The translations under genes and the position numbers were made by a program. The notes under the pieces are model-generated. The model saw nothing but the letters and a program-made list of their open reading frames with translations, was not told the origin of the DNA and searched no databases. Shown piece after piece: positions 34,459 to 43,485 of a stretch of 64,000 bases of DNA. Source of the stretch: Alphaproteobacteria bacterium (GTDB lineage Bacteria; Pseudomonadota; Alphaproteobacteria; Micropepsales; Micropepsaceae). The stretch covers positions 37,850 through 101,849 of the forward strand of contig JAWXBY010000033.1 of NCBI GenBank assembly GCA_034440355.1. Reading direction: 5' to 3'. Position 1 is the stretch's first letter. Each line of letters starts with the position of its first letter.

Positions 34459-34859
34459 TTATTGCCGGTCGTATTTGGGAATATCGGTCAGGTCGGCGGA
34501 CCAGGGCAGGGCGGAGCTGCACCACATCCGGCGGCGCGGCGTGCCGAGGGCTGCGCGTTGGCTGATGACGCCGAGGCGGAGCGAGTAGTGCGGTGGGTTT
34601 TCGGGGGCGGCGGCGTAGATGGGGGTGCCGCAGTCGGGGCAGAAGGCGTGGGCGCGCTTCGCGCCGCTGTCGGCGGTCTTGATGTAGATCTTCGGTTCGC
34701 CCTTCAAGACGAATGTTTCGGCGCGGGCGTGGATGGTGGGGCGGTAGGCGCTGCCGGTCAGCTTCTGGCAGTCGGTGCAGTGGCAGATGATAACCTTGCC
34801 CGGCTCGACTTCCGCCTCGTAAGCGATCTTCCGCAGTGGCAGCTGCCGTCGATTTTCAT
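34459..34859 (-). pseudogene. Second GFA-family gene with an apparent 1-nt deletion after codon 9-10
   Basis: ATG 34859 gives MKIDGSCHCG. The family-typical continuation KIAYEAEVEPGKVIICHCTDCQKLTGSAYRPTIHARAETFVLKGEPKIYIK...FCPDCGTPIY is in the adjacent frame and ends at 34459. Total length is 401 nt, not a multiple of 3. Confidence 0.6.
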
Positions 34860-34869
34860 GGTGTCCCTT

Positions 34870-35283
34870 TCAGCTGCTCCATTGCGCGCGGTTGGCGTCG
34901 ATGAATTGCATGAACGCCGTCCAGTAGGGGCGCCAATCCTGCGTGGCGTTGCAGGTGCGGACCACGGCGCGGAAGTTGTTGATGTCTGTCGATTCGACTT
35001 CGATCGTGACGCCGTAGGGGCTCGTCTCAAGGAGCAGCACGACCCAGCCTCTTTTGTCGGTGGCGCTGCCGACGCCGAGCGACTTGCCGGCGGCGTAGGT
35101 GCGGACGGCCGCAAGGAAATCTTCGCGCTTTGAAGCGACGACGCGAATGGCGGTGGTGTCGAGTTCGGTTTCGTCCTTGGGGCCGCGGCATTTTTCGTCG
35201 GGCTGCGCGAACGCCGGTGGCGCAAGCGGGGCGAGCATGGCGAGCGCGATCAGCGCTGCGATAGATCCGCGGTTCAAGTTCAT
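34870..35283 (-). CDS. Secreted 137-aa protein, function unknown
   Basis: Trimmed to ATG 35283. Signal peptide MNLNRGSIAALIALAMLAPLAPPAFA. The C-terminal part of track ORF 34870-36177. Confidence 0.6.
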   Translation of the reverse strand: MNLNRGSIAALIALAMLAPLAPPAFAQPDEKCRGPKDETELDTTAIRVVASKREDFLAAVRTYAAGKSLGVGSATDKRGWVVLLLETSPYGVTIEVESTDINNFRAVVRTCNATQDWRPYWTAFMQFIDANRAQWSS

Positions 35284-35393
35284 TCGGTGTAGACTTTCGA
35301 GCCCTAGTCTCATCGCGGACAGTAAGGCTCGCCAAGCGTCACGGCGCAACGTGGCGGCTTGCCTCCCGGGATGACAAACTTGTGAGGCGCGAG

Positions 35394-36164
35394 TTAGCGC
35401 GCGACTTCCATTTTGATGGGGCCTTCGGCGCGGCCGTGGATGAACTGGTCGACGTACGGATTGCCGGAGTTGTCGATGTCTTCCTTGCGGCCGGTCCAGA
35501 TGATCTTGCCCTTGTAGATCATCGCTATTTTGTCGGCGATTTTGCGGGCGCTGGCCATGTCGTGGGTGATCGAGAGCGTAGTCACGCCCATGTCTTTCAC
35601 CGTCGCCACGATCAGGTCGTTGATGACGTCGGCCATGATCGGATCTAGGCCGGTGGTCGGTTCGTCGAAGAAGATGATTTCGGGTTCGGCGGCGATGGCG
35701 CGGGCGAGGCCCACGCGCTTTTGCATGCCGCCCGACAATTCGCTGGGCGAGAGTTCGCCGACTTCCGGGCCGAGGCCCACCTTCGCCAGCTTTTGCAGCG
35801 CGATCTTCTTCGCTTCGGCGCGGCCGAGGCCGCGGCCTTGGATGAGAGCGAAGGCGACGTTTTCCCAGACCTTCAACGAGTCGAAGAGAGCGGCGGCTTG
35901 GAAGAGCATGCCGAATTTGCTGTTCACCGTTTCGCGCGCGCGGCCGGTGAGGCGCGTGACTTCTTGGCCGTCGACTTTGATCGAGCCTTTGTCGGGTGTG
36001 ATCAATCCCAAGATGCTCTTGATCGTCACCGATTTGCCGGTACCGGAGCCGCCGATGATGACGAGCGACTCGCCGGGCTGAACGGACAGGTTGATGCCGT
36101 CGAGGACGATCTTCGAGCCGAAGCGTTTGTGGACGTCCTTCATCTCGATCTTGGGCGTGATCAT
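35394..36164 (-). CDS. mlaF: ABC transporter ATP-binding protein, MlaF family
   Basis: Walker A GGSGTGKS, signature LSGGMQKRVGLARA and Walker B IIFFDEPT. It overlaps the mlaE stop by 4 nt. Confidence 0.85.
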   Translation of the reverse strand: MITPKIEMKDVHKRFGSKIVLDGINLSVQPGESLVIIGGSGTGKSVTIKSILGLITPDKGSIKVDGQEVTRLTGRARETVNSKFGMLFQAAALFDSLKVWENVAFALIQGRGLGRAEAKKIALQKLAKVGLGPEVGELSPSELSGGMQKRVGLARAIAAEPEIIFFDEPTTGLDPIMADVINDLIVATVKDMGVTTLSITHDMASARKIADKIAMIYKGKIIWTGRKEDIDNSGNPYVDQFIHGRAEGPIKMEVAR

Positions 36165-36940
36165 CGGCTGCCCTCACCGAAGAAGAGCGAGGTCATGACG
36201 TAGTTGGCGGCCAGGATCAGGATCGCGGCGGAGACGACGGCGTTCGTGGTCGCGGCGCCGACGCCTTGTGCGCCACCCTTGGAGTTGTAGCCGTGGTAAC
36301 AACCCATCAGCGCGATGATGAACCCGAAGACCGCGGCCTTATAGAGGCCCGAGGTGACGTCGCCGAACTTCAGGAAGTCCACGGTATTCTTGAGGTAGAC
36401 CGCCGAGTTGAAATCCAGCGAGTAGACGCCAACGACCCAGCCGCCCATCACGCCGATGATATCGGCGATGGCGACGAGGATGGGCATTGTCAGCACTGCT
36501 GCGACGAGGCGCGGGGCCACGAGGTACTTGAACGGATTGGTCGAAAGAGTGACGAGGGCGTCGATCTGCTCTGTCACGCGCATGGTGCCGAGTTCGGCGG
36601 CGATCGCGGCCGACACGCGGCCGGCTACCATCAAGCCCGCCATGACGGGGCCGAGCTCGCGCGTGATGCCGAGGACTACGATCTGCGGGACCAGCGTCTC
36701 GGCGCCGATGTCGCTGCCGACGAAGATCTGCAAGGCGAGTGCGCCACCGGTGAAGAAGGCGGTCAAGCCCACAACGGGGAGCGAAAAGTAACCGATGCGC
36801 AGCATCTGCTGCCCGATGAGGCGCAGGTAAACCGGCGGCATGAATACGGCCGGCACGGCCTGCGACGCGAACATCGAGATGCGGCCGATCTCGCGCAGGA
36901 AGGCGATGACGAAGCGGCCGACGAGGGCAAAGGGATTCAT
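36161..36940 (-). CDS. mlaE: ABC transporter permease, MlaE family
   Basis: Trimmed to ATG 36940. ITRELGPVMAGLMVAGRVSAAIAAELGTMRVTEQIDAL is the MlaE signature region. Confidence 0.85.
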   Translation of the reverse strand: MNPFALVGRFVIAFLREIGRISMFASQAVPAVFMPPVYLRLIGQQMLRIGYFSLPVVGLTAFFTGGALALQIFVGSDIGAETLVPQIVVLGITRELGPVMAGLMVAGRVSAAIAAELGTMRVTEQIDALVTLSTNPFKYLVAPRLVAAVLTMPILVAIADIIGVMGGWVVGVYSLDFNSAVYLKNTVDFLKFGDVTSGLYKAAVFGFIIALMGCYHGYNSKGGAQGVGAATTNAVVSAAILILAANYVMTSLFFGEGSR

Positions 36941-36944
36941 GCGT

Positions 36945-38045
36945 TCAACGCGCCCCTGTGTAGTGGCGCTCGATCCGGGGGCCGAGGCGCGTGTAGATTT
37001 CGTACGGCAACGTGCCGGCGGCGCGCGCCAGATCGTCGACGGTTTGGCTCTCGCCGATGAATTCGACCGCCGTGCCGGGGTTGGTTTCGCGCTCAGGCAC
37101 CTGGGTGACATCGAGCGTGACGAGGTCCATCGACACGCGCCCGACGATGGGACATTTCACGCCTGCGATCACACCATGTCCCCTGTTCGACAGCGAACGC
37201 ATCAGGCCGTCGGCATAGCCTATGGCCGCGATGCCCAAACGCCGCGGCCCGCTTGCGGAATAGGTGGCTCCGTAACCGACGGTATCCCCCCTGTCAATCG
37301 AACGTACCTGCAGCAGGGGCGCCGTCAATCTTACCGTGCCACGCATCGGGTTTTCGCTCGATTTCCCGGGGTTCCCGCCATAAAGGGCAATGCCGGGCCG
37401 CACCAAGTCGAAGGCGAAGGGGGTGCCCAGGAAACAACCCCCCGATGCAGCCAGGCTGAAGCGGGTGTTGGAGAATCGGTTGGTGAGCGCGCGGAAGCGG
37501 GCGAGCTGCTCCTCGTTCTTCGCATGCTCCGGGTCGTCGGCGGAGGCGAGGTGGCTCATCACCAGCGACGGCGCCGCCGCGCCTTCGACGAGCGCGAGGT
37601 CGGCTTCCGACAGGCCGAGGCGCGACATGCCGGTGTCGAGATGAAGGCCGTGTTCGGTACGCAAGCCCGCCTTCAGCCAATCGATCAGCTGCGGCTTGCT
37701 GGAGATGACCGGCGCGATCTTATGTTCGGCGAAGATAGCGCGGTGTGCCGCGTCGTAGCCGTGCAGGACGAAGATCGTGGCGTTCGGGATCGTCGGGCGA
37801 AGCGCCGCGCCTTCTTCGACATGCGCGACGAAGAACGTCTTGCAGCCTGCCGCGGACAGCGCGAGCGCGATGGGCCTTGCGCCGAGGCCGTAGCCGTCGG
37901 CCTTCACGACGGCCGCGACCTCCGCCGGCTTCACCTGAGCGATGAGGCGGCGGTAGTTCTCGACGATAGCGAGCAGGTCGATGGTCAGCGTGGGGCGCGA
38001 GAGAGCGTGCATCAGCCTCGCGGGTAGCACGGAATGTGGGGCCAA
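36945..38045 (-). CDS. alr: Alanine racemase
   Basis: PLP-Lys motif AVVKADGYGLG and C-terminal PYEIYTRLGPRIER. The exact start is uncertain. Confidence 0.9.
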   Translation of the reverse strand: MAPHSVLPARLMHALSRPTLTIDLLAIVENYRRLIAQVKPAEVAAVVKADGYGLGARPIALALSAAGCKTFFVAHVEEGAALRPTIPNATIFVLHGYDAAHRAIFAEHKIAPVISSKPQLIDWLKAGLRTEHGLHLDTGMSRLGLSEADLALVEGAAAPSLVMSHLASADDPEHAKNEEQLARFRALTNRFSNTRFSLAASGGCFLGTPFAFDLVRPGIALYGGNPGKSSENPMRGTVRLTAPLLQVRSIDRGDTVGYGATYSASGPRRLGIAAIGYADGLMRSLSNRGHGVIAGVKCPIVGRVSMDLVTLDVTQVPERETNPGTAVEFIGESQTVDDLARAAGTLPYEIYTRLGPRIERHYTGAR

Positions 38046-38063
38046 ACCAAGGCGTTCCCCGCG

Positions 38064-38546
38064 TTACTCAACCGCCAGGTTGGGCTCGTCGAGGATGTCG
38101 CGCAGTTCACGCGTGCGTCGGGCCGTTTCGTCGAGGCGGCAGAAGGCGGCGAGCATCAGGCCCCAGCTGCCGTTCGCGGTGCCGAGAAAGGCGCACTTTG
38201 CGTTGCGGTAGGCGAGCCACTGCCGCTGCACGTCCTTAAGCAGCGCGAAACGTATGTCACCAACATAGGCGGGCATGAACGACCATGTCTTGTTCAGCAG
38301 CTCGTCCCATGCGGCGGTTTCGTTGTCGGCGCAGGTCGCGTGCGCCGCCTCGCCACCGGCGGAGATCGCGTCGTCGCACGGGCCCTGGATGATGCCGACG
38401 CATTTTGCATCGTCGTCCTGTTTGTCGAGGCAGGCCTCGATGTCGCGCGCGGCCTTCGCGATTTGCGATTTGGTGAGCAGCGGATCGGCGATTGCCGCGC
38501 TGCAGAGCGCAACGGCGGCGAAAATGAGAGTGATGCGGGTGATCAT
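38064..38546 (-). CDS. Lysozyme inhibitor LprI-like (DUF1311) periplasmic protein
   Basis: Trimmed to ATG 38546 (signal MITRITLIFAAVALCSAAIA). Motifs AAWDELLNKTW...QRQWLAYRNAKCAF. Confidence 0.75.
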   Translation of the reverse strand: MITRITLIFAAVALCSAAIADPLLTKSQIAKAARDIEACLDKQDDDAKCVGIIQGPCDDAISAGGEAAHATCADNETAAWDELLNKTWSFMPAYVGDIRFALLKDVQRQWLAYRNAKCAFLGTANGSWGLMLAAFCRLDETARRTRELRDILDEPNLAVE

Positions 38547-38701
38547 GGATCGACTCTGGCGTTCATTCGAAGTGTGGCATGGCCGTATGGATCGTGACGA
38601 CATTTCCTTCGCCCGGCGCGCGCTGATGCTGCGACTCAACCGGTCGATGTGGGGCGGGCCGCAGCTAAGCTTTTATTCCTTTGTGCCGCACCCCCGTCGG
38701 C

Positions 38702-38726
38702 GGAACGCTCGCGGCGTCCGTTCGTT
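38702..38726 (+). promoter_or_regulatory. Sigma-EcfG-type promoter facing the hypothetical gene at 38757
   Basis: GGAAC(38702-38706)-N16-CGTT(38723-38726), 31 nt upstream of ATG 38757. Confidence 0.55.
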
Positions 38727-38756
38727 AACGAGCCGGTCTGCAGGATGGGCTCATCG

Positions 38757-39416
38757 ATGCGGTACGCAAGCGATAGGGTGATTACAGGGTTTTCGATCGT
38801 CACGTTTGCGGTCGCCACGGCTTTGGCACCCAAAGCGCCGTTTGACAGTGCGACCGTCATCTCGCGTGCTGATTCTGATCAGCGGGTTGTGCTGCAACTC
38901 AACCTCGCGCCGGTAGCCCTGGCTTCGCTTCCCGCGCTCGACGAAAGTTCCCTGTTCGGCATCAAGGTCGAGCCTCGCGCCGTCGAGGTGCTGGCGGCCG
39001 ATGAGGCTCCGCCGGCCGCGACGGCCGTGGCCGAAGCGCCGCGCAAGCGTATCGGATCGCGCCGTGAGCGCCATCTCGCTTCGCGTTCTCGTCATGTTGG
39101 TCCGGAAGCGGTGGCCAGCGCGCCGGCGCCGACGAGCAAAGCTGATCCTGCCGTCGCCGACGTCGAGGCGCCGGCTTGGCGTCCGCGCTCGTCCGTCGCG
39201 TTGGCGCCGGAAGAAGCTGCGAGCGGACGTGCGGGACTTGGCTTCACGTTGAACGAACGCGCGTCGCTGAGTGTGGGGCCGTTGTCGTCGATGACGCCGA
39301 GTTACGCGTCTGATGCCGGACACGGCGATCTGAACGAACGCTGGCGGCTTCGCGACGACGATGACGCCTCGCGCGCGCCGGGCGCGGCCGTCGGCATGAC
39401 GTTCAAGCTGAACTGA
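38757..39416 (+). CDS. Hypothetical exported protein (Ala/Pro/Ser-rich)
   Basis: Start is set to ATG 38757 (MRYASDRVITGFSIVTFAVATALA) because the promoter motif lies too close to the upstream ATGs. No recognisable domain. Confidence 0.45.
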   Translation: MRYASDRVITGFSIVTFAVATALAPKAPFDSATVISRADSDQRVVLQLNLAPVALASLPALDESSLFGIKVEPRAVEVLAADEAPPAATAVAEAPRKRIGSRRERHLASRSRHVGPEAVASAPAPTSKADPAVADVEAPAWRPRSSVALAPEEAASGRAGLGFTLNERASLSVGPLSSMTPSYASDAGHGDLNERWRLRDDDDASRAPGAAVGMTFKLN

Positions 39417-39430
39417 CGTGCCTGGCGGAA

Positions 39431-40939
39431 CTACTTCGGGCGATTGATCTGCAGCGTGACCGTGTCTGGGCGCCGCTCCGCGGTCCGGCTTTCGTCGGCG
39501 AGATCGTAGAATTTGGTGAAGCGCGGTTCGAAGCGGAGCGTCACCTTGTTCGTCGGACCATGACGATGTTTTTCGACCAAGACGTCGGCCATGAACTCAA
39601 TGGCGTTGAATTTTTCTTGCCATTTCTGTAGCGCCGCCGGGTCATCGGCTGCGGTCGGCATCTTCGTCTGCATGTAGTAGGCTTCGCGATAGATGAACAT
39701 CACGACGTCGGCATCCTGCTCGATCGAGCCGGACTCGCGAAGGTCGGCGAGCGTCGGACGCTTGTCGTCGCGGTTGTCGACGCCGCGTGAAAGCTGCGAC
39801 AGCGCGACGACCGGCACTGCGAGTTCTTTTGCTAGGGTTTTCAGGCCCTTCGAAATCTCGGTCACTTCCTGCACGCGGCTTTCCGCGTTGCGCTTCGATG
39901 CCGATCCGGTCAGCAGCTGCAGATAATCCACGACGATCAGGCCGAGGCCGCCGGAGCGGGCCAGCCGCCGCGATCTCGCCGCGACCTGTGCGATCGACAG
40001 GCCGCCCGTGTCGTCGATATAGAACGGCAGCCGCTCCAGTTCGGCGCCCGCATGGATCAAAGCGTGCAGATCGCGTTCGTCCAGCTTGCCGCGCCGCATG
40101 CTGGAGCTCGATACTTCCGCCTGTTCGGCCAAGATACGCGCCGCCAATTGCTCGGCCGACATTTCGAGCGAGAAGAACGCGACGCGTCCCCCTGATTGCC
40201 CCTCGCTGCGCATGTGTTCGCGCGCAGCATGAAACGCCATGTTCGTCGCCAGCGAGGTTTTACCCATTGCGGGGCGCGCGGCGATAATAATGAGGTCGGA
40301 TTTCTGGAACCCGCCCAAGAGTGAGTCCAGGTCCGCAAACCCTGTCGACACGCCGCTGACTTTGCCGGCCGATTGATAGGCGCGTTCCGCCGCTTCGATG
40401 GCGCCGGTGACGGCTGCCTTGAACCCGCGGAAGCCGCCGCCGAAGCGGCCCTTGTCGGCGATGCGGTAGAGATTCTTTTCCGCTTCCTCGACTTGTTCGG
40501 CGGGCGAGAGGTCGATTGGCGGATCGTAGGCGACGTTGACGATTTCTTCGCCGACCTTGATCAGATCGCGGCGTTGCGAGAGTTCGAAGATCATGCGTCC
40601 GATCTCGGCCGCGTTGATCACCGACGGCGAGAAGCGCGTGAGTTCGGCGAGATAGTCCGCGCCGCCGACGTCCTTCATCGCCGCGTCGAGTGCGAAGTAG
40701 GGGCGCAACGTCACGGGTGACGCGAGCTGACCTTTGCGGACGACGCGCGCGATCGCTTCGAACACGCGCTGATGCAGCGGCTCGTGGAAGTGTTCGGCCT
40801 CGAGGAAGCCCGCCACGCGTTCGAACGCGTCGTTGTTGACCAGAATAGCGCCGAGCAACGCCTGTTCCGCCTCAACATCGAAGGGCGTGTGGCGGAGCGT
40901 TTCTTGAGTCTCAGGCTTGGGCGCGACGGCGAGGTTCAT
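39431..40939 (-). CDS. dnaB: Replicative DNA helicase DnaB
   Basis: Trimmed to ATG 40939. PFDVEAEQALLGAIL, Walker A ARPAMGKTSLA and IVVDYLQLL. Confidence 0.97.
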   Translation of the reverse strand: MNLAVAPKPETQETLRHTPFDVEAEQALLGAILVNNDAFERVAGFLEAEHFHEPLHQRVFEAIARVVRKGQLASPVTLRPYFALDAAMKDVGGADYLAELTRFSPSVINAAEIGRMIFELSQRRDLIKVGEEIVNVAYDPPIDLSPAEQVEEAEKNLYRIADKGRFGGGFRGFKAAVTGAIEAAERAYQSAGKVSGVSTGFADLDSLLGGFQKSDLIIIAARPAMGKTSLATNMAFHAAREHMRSEGQSGGRVAFFSLEMSAEQLAARILAEQAEVSSSSMRRGKLDERDLHALIHAGAELERLPFYIDDTGGLSIAQVAARSRRLARSGGLGLIVVDYLQLLTGSASKRNAESRVQEVTEISKGLKTLAKELAVPVVALSQLSRGVDNRDDKRPTLADLRESGSIEQDADVVMFIYREAYYMQTKMPTAADDPAALQKWQEKFNAIEFMADVLVEKHRHGPTNKVTLRFEPRFTKFYDLADESRTAERRPDTVTLQINRPK

Positions 40940-41136
40940 GGGCTTTAGAAACTGCAAAGGGGTGGGCGGTGCAATTAGCGATCGCGCGTTTTGCACAGCT
41001 CAAATTTGGCCGAAGCTTGCGCTTTTCGCGCACACGCGTTGTCAAGCGGCGCGGGGTGATTCGCTGGATAAATTTTACGACAGATCGGTTGGTGTGCGGC
41101 GATCAAATTTGCGCGCGGAAATTCATGCGGCGGTGC

Positions 41137-41156
41137 GGTGAAACGTCAGTTTCACC
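41137..41156. other. Perfect 8-bp hairpin in the dnaB upstream region
   Basis: ggtgaaac-gtca-gtttcacc. Confidence 0.4.
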
Positions 41157-41201
41157 ACGAAGGCACGAAGCACCTGAAGGGAGATCGAAGCTGCGGTTCG
41201 T

Positions 41202-41235
41202 CACCCCTCGCCCGCCCTTGGGCGGGAGAGGGGTG
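41202..41235. repeat. GC-rich palindromic hairpin (REP-like)
   Basis: cacccctc-g-cccgcc-cttg-ggcggg-a-gaggggtg, 14 of 15 positions paired. Confidence 0.5.
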
Positions 41236-41257
41236 TGAGGTGCTGTGTGCCGGGCAA

Positions 41258-41290
41258 CGAAAAAGGCCGCGAATTTCTTCGCGGCCTTGG
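41258..41290 (-). terminator. Intrinsic terminator of rplI
   Basis: On the minus strand, aaggccgcgaa-gaaa-ttcgcggcctt is followed by tttttcg, 20 nt after the rplI stop. Confidence 0.8.
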
Positions 41291-41310
41291 GTCTTGAGCC
41301 GTTCCTGATT

Positions 41311-42009
41311 TTATTCTTCGTCTTTTTTCTTCTTCTTTTTTGCGGGCTTTTCGTCCGCGGCGTCGGCTTCGGCCTCTTTCGGGGCGGCCGCTTTCTTTTC
41401 TCTTTTCGGTTTGGCCTCAGCGGGGGCGGCTTCTTCTTCTGCGCCGTCCTCGTTCAGGCGTCTTGCCGCTTCAGCGTCTTCGAACAACGCTTCGGCGTCG
41501 GCGCGGGCTTGTTCGGCTTCCGTCTTGAGCACGTTTTCGCCGCGCGCTTGACGATCGGCCTCTTCAGCCGTGCGCGCGACGTTCAGCGTGATCGCGACGC
41601 GCACTTCCGGATGGAGGACCACCTTCACCGGATGCAGACCGAGTTCTTTGATCGCCTTGTCGAGCGTGACCTGGTTGCGGTTGAGCGATACGCCGCCCGC
41701 GGTGACCGCGTCGGAGATGTCGCGCGTCGAGACCGAACCGTAGAGAATGCCGGTTTCGCCGGCCTGGCGCAGAACGATGTAGGTCTGGCCTTCGAGCTTT
41801 GCGGCGACGCCTTCGGCTTCCTTCTTCAGCGTGAGGTTGCGCGCCTCGAGCTGAGCTTTTTCTTTGTCGAAGCGGGCGATGTTGTCTTTCGTCGCGCGCA
41901 ACGCCTTTTTGTTCGGCAGCAGGAAGTTGCGAGCGAAGCCGTCCTTCACCTTCACAACTTCGCCCATTTGGCCGAGCTTTTCGACGCGTTCGAGCAGGAT
42001 TACTTGCAT
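41311..42009 (-). CDS. rplI: 50S ribosomal protein L9 with a Lys/Ala/Glu-rich C-terminal extension
   Basis: [32 protein letters not shown]. About 80 extra C-terminal residues end in KKKKKKDEE. Confidence 0.95.
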   Translation of the reverse strand: MQVILLERVEKLGQMGEVVKVKDGFARNFLLPNKKALRATKDNIARFDKEKAQLEARNLTLKKEAEGVAAKLEGQTYIVLRQAGETGILYGSVSTRDISDAVTAGGVSLNRNQVTLDKAIKELGLHPVKVVLHPEVRVAITLNVARTAEEADRQARGENVLKTEAEQARADAEALFEDAEAARRLNEDGAEEEAAPAEAKPKREKKAAAPKEAEADAADEKPAKKKKKKDEE

Positions 42010-42024
42010 AGTTTTATCTCCCGC

Positions 42025-42339
42025 TTACGAAACGACGTAGGGCAGCAGCGCGAGGAAACGCGCACGCTTGATGGCCGTCGCCAGCTCGCGCTGCTTCTTG
42101 GCGGAGACCGCCGTGATGCGCGAGGGAACGATCTTGCCGCGTTCGGAAATGAAGCGCGACAGGAGCTTGCCGTCCTTGTAATCGATCTTCGGCGCGTTGG
42201 CGCCGGAGAAGGGGCACGTCTTGCGCCGGCGGAAGAACGGACGACGTCCGCCTGCACCACCTGCGCCGCCGCCGCCACCGAAGCCGCCGCGGTCACCGCC
42301 GCCGCCGAAGCCGCCGCCACGATCTTCACCACCGCTCAT
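42025..42339 (-). CDS. rpsR: 30S ribosomal protein S18 with a Gly/Arg-rich N-terminal extension
   Basis: Core [12 protein letters not shown]...IDYKD...[18 protein letters not shown]...KKQR. The N-terminus is [31 protein letters not shown]. Confidence 0.95.
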   Translation of the reverse strand: MSGGEDRGGGFGGGGDRGGFGGGGGAGGAGGRRPFFRRRKTCPFSGANAPKIDYKDGKLLSRFISERGKIVPSRITAVSAKKQRELATAIKRARFLALLPYVVS

Positions 42340-42755
42340 GACGCTGCTCCTTCTTCGCTACGCGGTTCGAAACCGCCGCCGCCGAATTCATCTTCGCGGC
42401 GACCCCACTTGGCGTCGCGACGTTCCTTGGCCTGCTTGGCCAAGATCCCGGCCGACGGTTCGTTGTCGAGCACTTCGACGCGAACGGTCAGGTAGCGGAT
42501 GACGTCTTCGTTCAGGCGCAACTGACGTTCCACTTCCGCGACCGGCGCCCACGGCGAGTCGAAGTTCATGTGGACGTAGTGGCCCTTGCGGTTTTTGTTG
42601 ATCTTGTAGGTCAGCGAACGCAGACCCCACGGTTCGACCTTGGTGACCTTGCCGCCACCCTGTTCGATGATGGTTTGGACTTGCGTGGTCAATTCATCGA
42701 CCTGCGCCTGCGCCGCATCTTGGCGCGCGATAAACACATGCTCGTAAAACGGCAT
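42336..42755 (-). CDS. rpsF: 30S ribosomal protein S6
   Basis: Trimmed to ATG 42755 ([13 protein letters not shown]). The C-terminal tail is ...[21 protein letters not shown]. Confidence 0.95.
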   Translation of the reverse strand: MPFYEHVFIARQDAAQAQVDELTTQVQTIIEQGGGKVTKVEPWGLRSLTYKINKNRKGHYVHMNFDSPWAPVAEVERQLRLNEDVIRYLTVRVEVLDNEPSAGILAKQAKERRDAKWGRREDEFGGGGFEPRSEEGAAS

Positions 42756-42962
42756 GGGAGCCTCTCTCTTAGCCACGGCGCCCTCGGCACGGCCCCCTTG
42801 GCAGTGCGCGTTGGCGATGGACCAGCAAGGTTGTCGGACGAACTCGTCCCAAGGGCGCTTTTGGGCACCCCACCTCGCGGCCGCGGCCGGTTTCAGAAGG
42901 CCGGGACTATACGGATTTGCCGGGCGACCTCAAGGGCCGTCGCCGCCCGGATCTGCGACCTT

Positions 42963-43322
42963 TTAGGGCCTAACAGCCCAGCCCAGCCAGACCGTTGAGG
43001 GGCGCTGTTCGTCATAGCGGGCGCTGGGGGGCAGCGCCTCATGGAAGGCCTGGAGGTCCGGATTGTTGCTGGCGGCCACGGCGCGGTCGGTCGAGGCGAT
43101 GACGCAAGGGTCGCGCTCCTTCTTGACCGAGTTTACGCCGAGGTTGTTCGACGGGCAGCCGCGTGAGGCGTTGCGGACCATGCGCAGCTGTTGGTTGTCC
43201 AGGTCGCGCAGGAACTGTTCCGTCGGCGGGGCGCTGAACGTCGGAGACCCTAGCGGCGGTTGGGCCATGACAGGCGCGGCGAACGCGATCGCGGCTGCGG
43301 TGGCAAGCATCAGAATGCGCAT
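42963..43322 (-). CDS. Secreted 119-aa protein, function unknown
   Basis: ATG 43322 with an aaggaag RBS. Signal peptide MRILMLATAAAIAFAAPVMA. Confidence 0.6.
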   Translation of the reverse strand: MRILMLATAAAIAFAAPVMAQPPLGSPTFSAPPTEQFLRDLDNQQLRMVRNASRGCPSNNLGVNSVKKERDPCVIASTDRAVAASNNPDLQAFHEALPPSARYDEQRPSTVWLGWAVRP

Positions 43323-43363
43323 GGTTGTTCTTCCTTTTTTCAAGCCCCTGGGCAGGAGACTTC

Positions 43364-43389
43364 AACGTGTGGAGTCTTCGGCTGGTTCC
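43364..43389 (-). promoter_or_regulatory. Sigma-EcfG-type promoter facing the secreted-protein gene at 43322
   Basis: Minus strand GGAAC(43389-43385)-N17-CGTT(43367-43364), 42 nt upstream of the ATG. Confidence 0.6.
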
Positions 43390-43485
43390 GGCGCGCTTGC
43401 ACGCGCGGCGTTGCGCTGTAGTTTCGTTCAGCGGAATCGTCCTTAACGCGTGGAGTTCCATGGCTGCGGCAGAGCTTGAGTTGGC

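Noticed and set aside
35365-35377. A 13-nt match (cccgggatgacaa) to the terminus of the 19135-19264 palindromic repeat.
   Set aside because: There is no second arm or inner repeat. A single 13-mer match within 64 kb on two strands is within chance expectation by my rough estimate.
41063-41071. DnaA-box-like sequence (reverse complement ttatccagc) upstream of dnaB.
   Set aside because: It is a single copy matching only 7 of 9 consensus positions, with no cluster of boxes or AT-rich unwinding element.
40969-41238. Track ORFs in the dnaB-rplI spacer (40917-41141 and 40969-41238).
   Set aside because: The translations are Arg-rich with no RBS. The region contains hairpins and the rplI terminator and is better explained as the dnaB promoter and leader.
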